From: a virus
Lineage: Duplodnaviria; Caudoviricetes
IMG/VR virus record: IMGVR_UViG_3300034411_000253
Span: 1-30,259 of that record
Reading direction: 5' to 3' (one strand)
DNA: 30,259 nucleotides
The translations under genes were made by a program, and so were the position numbers. The notes below the pieces were generated by a model. The model searched no databases. It had not been told where the DNA came from and worked only from the letters and a program-made list of their open reading frames with translations. Each line of letters begins with the position of its first letter. Position 1 is the first letter of the stretch. This document shows positions 25,254 to 30,259 of this stretch, in pieces.

Positions 25254-26480
25254 TTAGTTAAACTTTTTAGTTTTAATTTTTAGTTTTGACGAGTCTAACC
25301 CACTAATTGCTTTAACTTTTAATCCGTTTATAAATACATTTCCGTCGGCAACTCGCCTAGGTTCGTCTTTAGATGGATTTTTAGATCCACTGATTATGCT
25401 TTTCACACCATCAGCTTTTCCTTGTTCGTAAAAATGATTAGCAAGTTTATCTGCGTTCATAGCAGCATACATCGCTTTATGGTAACCTGCAGCGTCTGTC
25501 ATTAATCCTTCTTCGTTTGTATATTTACCTACAAAGTTTTGTACATCAGCTTGTAGTTCACCTACTTTAACCGGATCTTTAATTCCATATCTAAATCTTT
25601 TTTCACCAAGATTAAATTCAAAACCTTTGAATTCACTGTTGAATAGTTTTTTAGTTCTGTCTCTAAAATCACCGTGCACTTGTGTAGCAACTTCTTGTTG
25701 CTGCTTATATTGGTCGTAAAAGCTAATAGCTTCTTGTTGTTCTTGAGTAACGCCCGGTCTCAACTTGATCTCGTCGTAGTATTTGCTCTTAGAATTCTCA
25801 AGAAATTGTTTTGCGTTTGCAACCTCTTCCTTAAACGCAAGTTTTTTCTTACGTATTTCTCTTGGCTCATCTACATCTTCATCAAAATCAAAATTATCTT
25901 CCATTAAAAAGCTAATTTCTTCTTGATCTAAATGTGGTTTTGCCTTTGTGTAATATTCTCTTAAAACATCTTTAGAGTTGTAAGAACTGTAGTCTTTGTT
26001 TAAAGCTACGTAGTCTTGTACAGTTCCACCAGTTTCTTCCATGAAAGATACTAGCTTTTCAATGTTTTCTGGTAAAGGTTTGCCTAAGATTTTTTCATCT
26101 CTTTTTGCTTCTTTAACTTCTTGAGCTATTTCCTTTACTTCCTCATTTGTTATTTCTTGGATGGGGGTAACTTCTTCAACAACCTTTTCGGGCTTTGATA
26201 CTTGTTCGTCCACTCCAGAGCTATCTCTGGCTTGTTCGCCCACATCCATCTTCTTTGTTTCTCCGATTTGAATGGCATTTTCTTCTTTTTTTAAAGCTTC
26301 AGTAGGTACTTCTACTTTTATAACTTCTGGAGTTATATCACCTGTTGCTTCTGGTTTTGTTAAGTCAACCTTAGTTATTTCTTCTTTAGATTGTAAACTT
26401 AGATTTTTAGGTTTTCTTTTTTTAACTTTAAACTCGCCTTCTTGCTTTACGGGTTCTTGTGGTTTTGTTTCTTCTGACAT
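25254..26480 (-). CDS. Putative capsid scaffolding protein, 408 aa
   Basis: Acidic, low-complexity N-terminus and helical body, located between portal and MCP. Confidence 0.65.
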   Translation of the reverse strand: MSEETKPQEPVKQEGEFKVKKRKPKNLSLQSKEEITKVDLTKPEATGDITPEVIKVEVPTEALKKEENAIQIGETKKMDVGEQARDSSGVDEQVSKPEKVVEEVTPIQEITNEEVKEIAQEVKEAKRDEKILGKPLPENIEKLVSFMEETGGTVQDYVALNKDYSSYNSKDVLREYYTKAKPHLDQEEISFLMEDNFDFDEDVDEPREIRKKKLAFKEEVANAKQFLENSKSKYYDEIKLRPGVTQEQQEAISFYDQYKQQQEVATQVHGDFRDRTKKLFNSEFKGFEFNLGEKRFRYGIKDPVKVGELQADVQNFVGKYTNEEGLMTDAAGYHKAMYAAMNADKLANHFYEQGKADGVKSIISGSKNPSKDEPRRVADGNVFINGLKVKAISGLDSSKLKIKTKKFN

Positions 26481-26508
26481 GATAAAATATTATATAATTA
26501 TTAAATAG

Positions 26509-28923
26509 TTAACTAGGCGGCATTATATTTTGTAAACCAAACGTGCCTAGTTGTGATGAATCTCCACTTTCAAAATCTACTGGAGCTGAATCATTTTGTC
26601 GTTGATTTATTAATTGACTTTGTTGAGTTCCTTGTAATCTAACTCTTTTATCTTTTCTATCTTCTATTTTGTTTTCTTTTTCAGACTCTACACCCATTTT
26701 AATTTGAGCTAATTGTTTTTGATATTCAAACTCTTGAGCCATTAACTGTTGTTTTACAGTCATTTCTGTTTGCATTCTCTGAATTTCAAACTGAGACTTA
26801 GCTTGTTCAACTTGAACTTTTGATTCTGTCATAGCTTGGTTTTTTTGAACCTCAGCCATAGCAGCAGCCTCTGTAGTTTTAGCGTTTGCTTGTGCTTGTG
26901 CTTGAATCATTTGTTGTTGTTGCGCTTGCTCTCTTGCTATTTTCTTTTTTCTTTTTTGCTTTAACAACTGATTAGCTAACTTAAGGTTTTTTATCTGCCT
27001 TATGTCTATAGCGTCTTCTAGATCAATACCTCCGCTTTGTAAAGCTATCTGTATATTTTGCTCTAACTGAGCTTGAGCTTCATCATCAGGTTCTAATTCT
27101 AAAAATATACCAAAATCATGCAAATTAAGCGTTGCAATCTCTGCTAATGTACTGGTGTTGAATAGAGAAATACTTTCTATTAAAGCATTTTTAGTTAAAG
27201 GAAAAGAAAGCACATCAACCATTTTTAAAGAAATGTTTTCGCATATTCTAAGAGCAAGAAACAAACTAGCTTGATTAACATGTTTGGTTGCTATATTAGA
27301 TTGATTAGCGGCCATCTTTGCTATGCCTACTAAAGCGTCTTTATCTTGCATGCTACCATCTCTAGCTTCGTTTAGACCCGTTACATCTCTTATCATTTGT
27401 AGATAATAGTTATAAGTCATTATTAAGCTTTGTAGTTTAGCACTTCCGGCTGATGATTGCAATTCTTGAATAGGTACTTTACCTCTATTTAGTTCACCAT
27501 CTTGAGTCAAAGATCTACCAACAATAGAACCAGTTTGAAAATACATGTTTAATGCTTCTGCTGGATTATAGTTTGTACCGTTACCTAAATCAACTTCAGC
27601 TAATCCGTCCATATCTAAAAACACACCGTCTGGCACCATTCTAGATAAAACCTGCTGCATTTTCAAATGTGTTATCTGAATCATATCAGCAAAACCTGTT
27701 ATCTTACTTACTATAGACTCTATTCTACCTTTGTACATTCTAGGTGCACATATCGCGTAGTTCATTTCAACCTTAGTGCTGTCAGAGTTAGGTCTAGTCA
27801 TATTTTCAGCAAGTTCCCATTTTAGCATTATATCTGTGCCAAGAACTTTTACGCCTGAATATAGAACCTCTATAGTTCTAGAAACTCTGTTATATGTATC
27901 AGCAGGAGGTGGATTAAATTCATCTGTTTTTTGAATAACTTTTTCTAAACCATTTTCTGTGTTCTTTAATTTAAACACTTGGTTCATGTATGTCTTATAT
28001 TCAAAATACATAACTTGAACTGTGTTACTATCATAGTTACCCCAACCTGTTATATACTGCCTATTACCTGGCATTTCTTGAATTCTTTGAAGCTCTTTTT
28101 CTGGTATATTAGGAAATTGTTTCTTTAATTCGGGTATTGTAATAGACTTAACCTCACCAACGTAGTAAACGTCTTCAAAGTTAGGATCTTCTGTGTAAGA
28201 ATATATTAAGTTAGCTGGATCAACATAATCAACAACTATACCGTTTGTTTTATTAAAGCTTGTTTTAGCACAAGCAATACCACAAACAACTAGATCTTCG
28301 TTTATTCTTCTTTTTGTTAACGGCCATCTATTGCTAGCCAACGTAGTTGTTATAGCTTCTTCTTCAGCTATTTCAACGGACTGCTTATATGAAAGCTGCA
28401 TATGCAACTCTAATTCCTCATTACTTTGAGGTAGTTGATCATCTGGTATTTTTGACTGCTTAGCGTCTATACCTAAAGCTTGCTTTGCTTGTTGCATTAG
28501 CTCTTTAGCATACATATCTTCAGCTATAGCTTCAGCATATTTTGTTCTTTTCTTTACAGATTCTGGATCTTGAGAGTAAGCTTTAATTTCAAACTGCTTA
28601 TTTGATATACCGTTTACAACTATATTCACAAACTTTGATATAACAGGAACTGGTTTCCAGTCTAAATTTAAATAAGACAAGTCGCCGTTTATAGATAACT
28701 CATCTTTGTATTTTTGAACAGATTGTTCTCCTCTAGCATACAGTCTTAGATTATGAAAATTATTCCAACTAGTAAGGTATCTATTACCGTTTGTTCTACC
28801 TTGATTAAACCACTCAGTTTCAATAGCAGAAGCTACTTGAGAGCCGTACTCTCTTGAAGCTTTTTCAGCGTCTGGTACTACCTGACTAGGAAAAGCGCTA
28901 TTTGAATTAGTATATATTTTCAT
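26509..28923 (-). CDS. Portal protein, 804 aa
   Basis: Immediately downstream of the terminase. Motifs VDYVDPANLIYS and MIRDVTGLNEARDG, and a Gln-rich C-terminal coiled-coil barrel as in P22-like / crAss-like portals. Confidence 0.88.
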   Translation of the reverse strand: MKIYTNSNSAFPSQVVPDAEKASREYGSQVASAIETEWFNQGRTNGNRYLTSWNNFHNLRLYARGEQSVQKYKDELSINGDLSYLNLDWKPVPVISKFVNIVVNGISNKQFEIKAYSQDPESVKKRTKYAEAIAEDMYAKELMQQAKQALGIDAKQSKIPDDQLPQSNEELELHMQLSYKQSVEIAEEEAITTTLASNRWPLTKRRINEDLVVCGIACAKTSFNKTNGIVVDYVDPANLIYSYTEDPNFEDVYYVGEVKSITIPELKKQFPNIPEKELQRIQEMPGNRQYITGWGNYDSNTVQVMYFEYKTYMNQVFKLKNTENGLEKVIQKTDEFNPPPADTYNRVSRTIEVLYSGVKVLGTDIMLKWELAENMTRPNSDSTKVEMNYAICAPRMYKGRIESIVSKITGFADMIQITHLKMQQVLSRMVPDGVFLDMDGLAEVDLGNGTNYNPAEALNMYFQTGSIVGRSLTQDGELNRGKVPIQELQSSAGSAKLQSLIMTYNYYLQMIRDVTGLNEARDGSMQDKDALVGIAKMAANQSNIATKHVNQASLFLALRICENISLKMVDVLSFPLTKNALIESISLFNTSTLAEIATLNLHDFGIFLELEPDDEAQAQLEQNIQIALQSGGIDLEDAIDIRQIKNLKLANQLLKQKRKKKIAREQAQQQQMIQAQAQANAKTTEAAAMAEVQKNQAMTESKVQVEQAKSQFEIQRMQTEMTVKQQLMAQEFEYQKQLAQIKMGVESEKENKIEDRKDKRVRLQGTQQSQLINQRQNDSAPVDFESGDSSQLGTFGLQNIMPPS

Positions 28924-30258
28924 TTATTCAATTATTTTTGACAATGTACCTTTGTTATTATATCTTTTAAAACCTAAATTATAAGAAGGTCTTTTAAATG
29001 TTGGATTTGGTTTATACTTATTTTTATTGCAAGCCATGATTGCTAAACCTGAACTTATAGATGCATCATGAGATGTTCTATTGTTTATATTGAATTTAGC
29101 CCAATCCTCAAGAGTTCTTTGAAAATAAACATCACCATAATTACCATCATCTTTTAAACCAACGTGGTGTTCTATGTAAGATTCTATAGCAGCTGCGTGA
29201 GCTTGCTTTATATCTTCACTAGAGTTTGGTATTCCACCTATCTCTCTTTCTGTGGTTGATAGTTTACTGTATTTTTTATCTGGTCTATTTATAGAGTAAC
29301 CTCTATAACCTCTACGTTTAAAATAATACAATAACCTAGGTTTGTTATTTTCAGCGAGTATTGGCATACCATAAAAAACACAAGCCATCAATACATCTTC
29401 AAAAAATATTTCAGCTGTTTGAGGTCTAGATATATATTCTAGAAAAAAATGATTTGATGGAACGTTGTCCATATTAAACTTAGTCAAACCATGTAAAGCT
29501 CCATTTGATCCTCTTCTGTCTACAGTTCCAGATATATCATAACTATCACAACCAAAAGCTCCCATGTAATCATTACCAGGCCATTTAAGTCCATTTTTCT
29601 TTATAACACTATTTTGCATCTCAACAGATGGTATCCAGGATACAAAAAATCTACCCTGCTTGCTAGGCATAAATATAACTTTAGTATCTTTTACACCGTT
29701 AACCCATTGAAAATTACCTTGTGTTATTATTCCGCTGTTTTTTAAATCAGCATTCCAATCTACTTGTTGGTATATTTTAGTAAGATTAAATAAAGACGAT
29801 TTAGCTTCGTCTCTAAACGCGTGTTCTTCTGTTCTTGGAAACTGACGGTAAAATTCGTTTAAACCATCTTGGTCTTCTTTTAAACCATTTACTTCGTTTT
29901 GCCAGTACTCAATTACACCTAATTTTATATCATAACCATGAGGATCTTTTACTGCTTTTTTAGGCGTGTCGAAGACAGGTATGCCATAAGAATCAATGTA
30001 TCCTTCGTAGTTCCATTCCATAGGTATGAACAAAGAATATAATCCCGAGCTAGTTTGCCCATTGGCGTTTCTTTTTGTAACGTCTGAAGCATTGTATAAG
30101 TTTTTAAAATTATCCCCTCCTTTATCTAAAGCGTTTGATGTACTTCCCATCATACACTTTCCTATAACTTTACTACCTAATCTTAATGTTGTTTTTGTAA
30201 CCCTCCAGTTGTTGAGGATGTTGTTCGGCCTTTCCCACTTCCCCGATTCATCGTGGAC
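28924..30258 (-). CDS. terL: Terminase large subunit (5' truncated by window edge)
   Basis: The frame is open beyond the track start: VHDESGKWERPNNILNNWRVTKTTLRLGSKVIGKC-MMGSTSN gives Walker B (HDE) and the coupling motif GST. The RNase H-like nuclease domain shows FGCDSYD, ENN and HDASIS. Confidence 0.93.
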   Translation of the reverse strand, partial: VHDESGKWERPNNILNNWRVTKTTLRLGSKVIGKCMMGSTSNALDKGGDNFKNLYNASDVTKRNANGQTSSGLYSLFIPMEWNYEGYIDSYGIPVFDTPKKAVKDPHGYDIKLGVIEYWQNEVNGLKEDQDGLNEFYRQFPRTEEHAFRDEAKSSLFNLTKIYQQVDWNADLKNSGIITQGNFQWVNGVKDTKVIFMPSKQGRFFVSWIPSVEMQNSVIKKNGLKWPGNDYMGAFGCDSYDISGTVDRRGSNGALHGLTKFNMDNVPSNHFFLEYISRPQTAEIFFEDVLMACVFYGMPILAENNKPRLLYYFKRRGYRGYSINRPDKKYSKLSTTEREIGGIPNSSEDIKQAHAAAIESYIEHHVGLKDDGNYGDVYFQRTLEDWAKFNINNRTSHDASISSGLAIMACNKNKYKPNPTFKRPSYNLGFKRYNNKGTLSKIIE

Positions 30259-30259
30259 G

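Noticed and set aside
1539-26508. Numerous short plus-strand ORFs (e.g. 2616-2906, 3858-4307, 4938-5219, 14456-14719, 26272-26508)
   Set aside because: All are antisense to long, motif-bearing minus-strand genes and have the Ser/Leu/Phe-rich composition typical of antisense shadows.
1-30259. Stop-codon reassignment as in some crAss-like phages
   Set aside because: Genes are full length and tightly packed under code 11, and TGA (2477) and TAG (808) act as real stops.
1-30259. tRNA genes, CRISPR arrays, introns/inteins, IS elements
   Set aside because: Intergenic gaps are short, with no cloverleaf or spaced direct repeats seen. No intein splice motifs or transposase/homing-endonuclease ORFs were recognised in terL, nrdA, portal or MCP.

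Overview
AT-rich window from a tailed dsDNA phage. It is most likely a podovirus of Bacteroidota (Flavobacteriia) with crAss-like / Cellulophaga-phage-like virion gene order; this assignment is inferred from motifs and synteny, with no database search. The minus strand carries one long late/virion operon read right to left: terminase large subunit (partial), portal, scaffold-like protein, major capsid protein, a head-associated protein, two ring/adaptor proteins, a muzzle/tail-stabilisation protein encoded in two genes (1640 aa + 431 aa), a GNAT-like protein, two ejection proteins, a 3021-aa giant ejected-type protein, a T7-lysozyme-type amidase, and several small basic or membrane proteins. 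Two of these small genes are missing from the ORF track. The plus strand carries the 3' end of class I ribonucleotide reductase alpha, converging on a hairpin terminator. The most notable feature is the 3021-aa protein. It sits where crAss-like phages encode the virion RNA polymerase but shows no RNAP catalytic motif. Instead it reads as a polyprotein (membrane-like segment, HExxH zincin, sigma70-region-2-like module, HNH-like module, HAD phosphatase, helical C-terminus), with modules separated by four copies of a [KQ][FY]S[DE]K motif.
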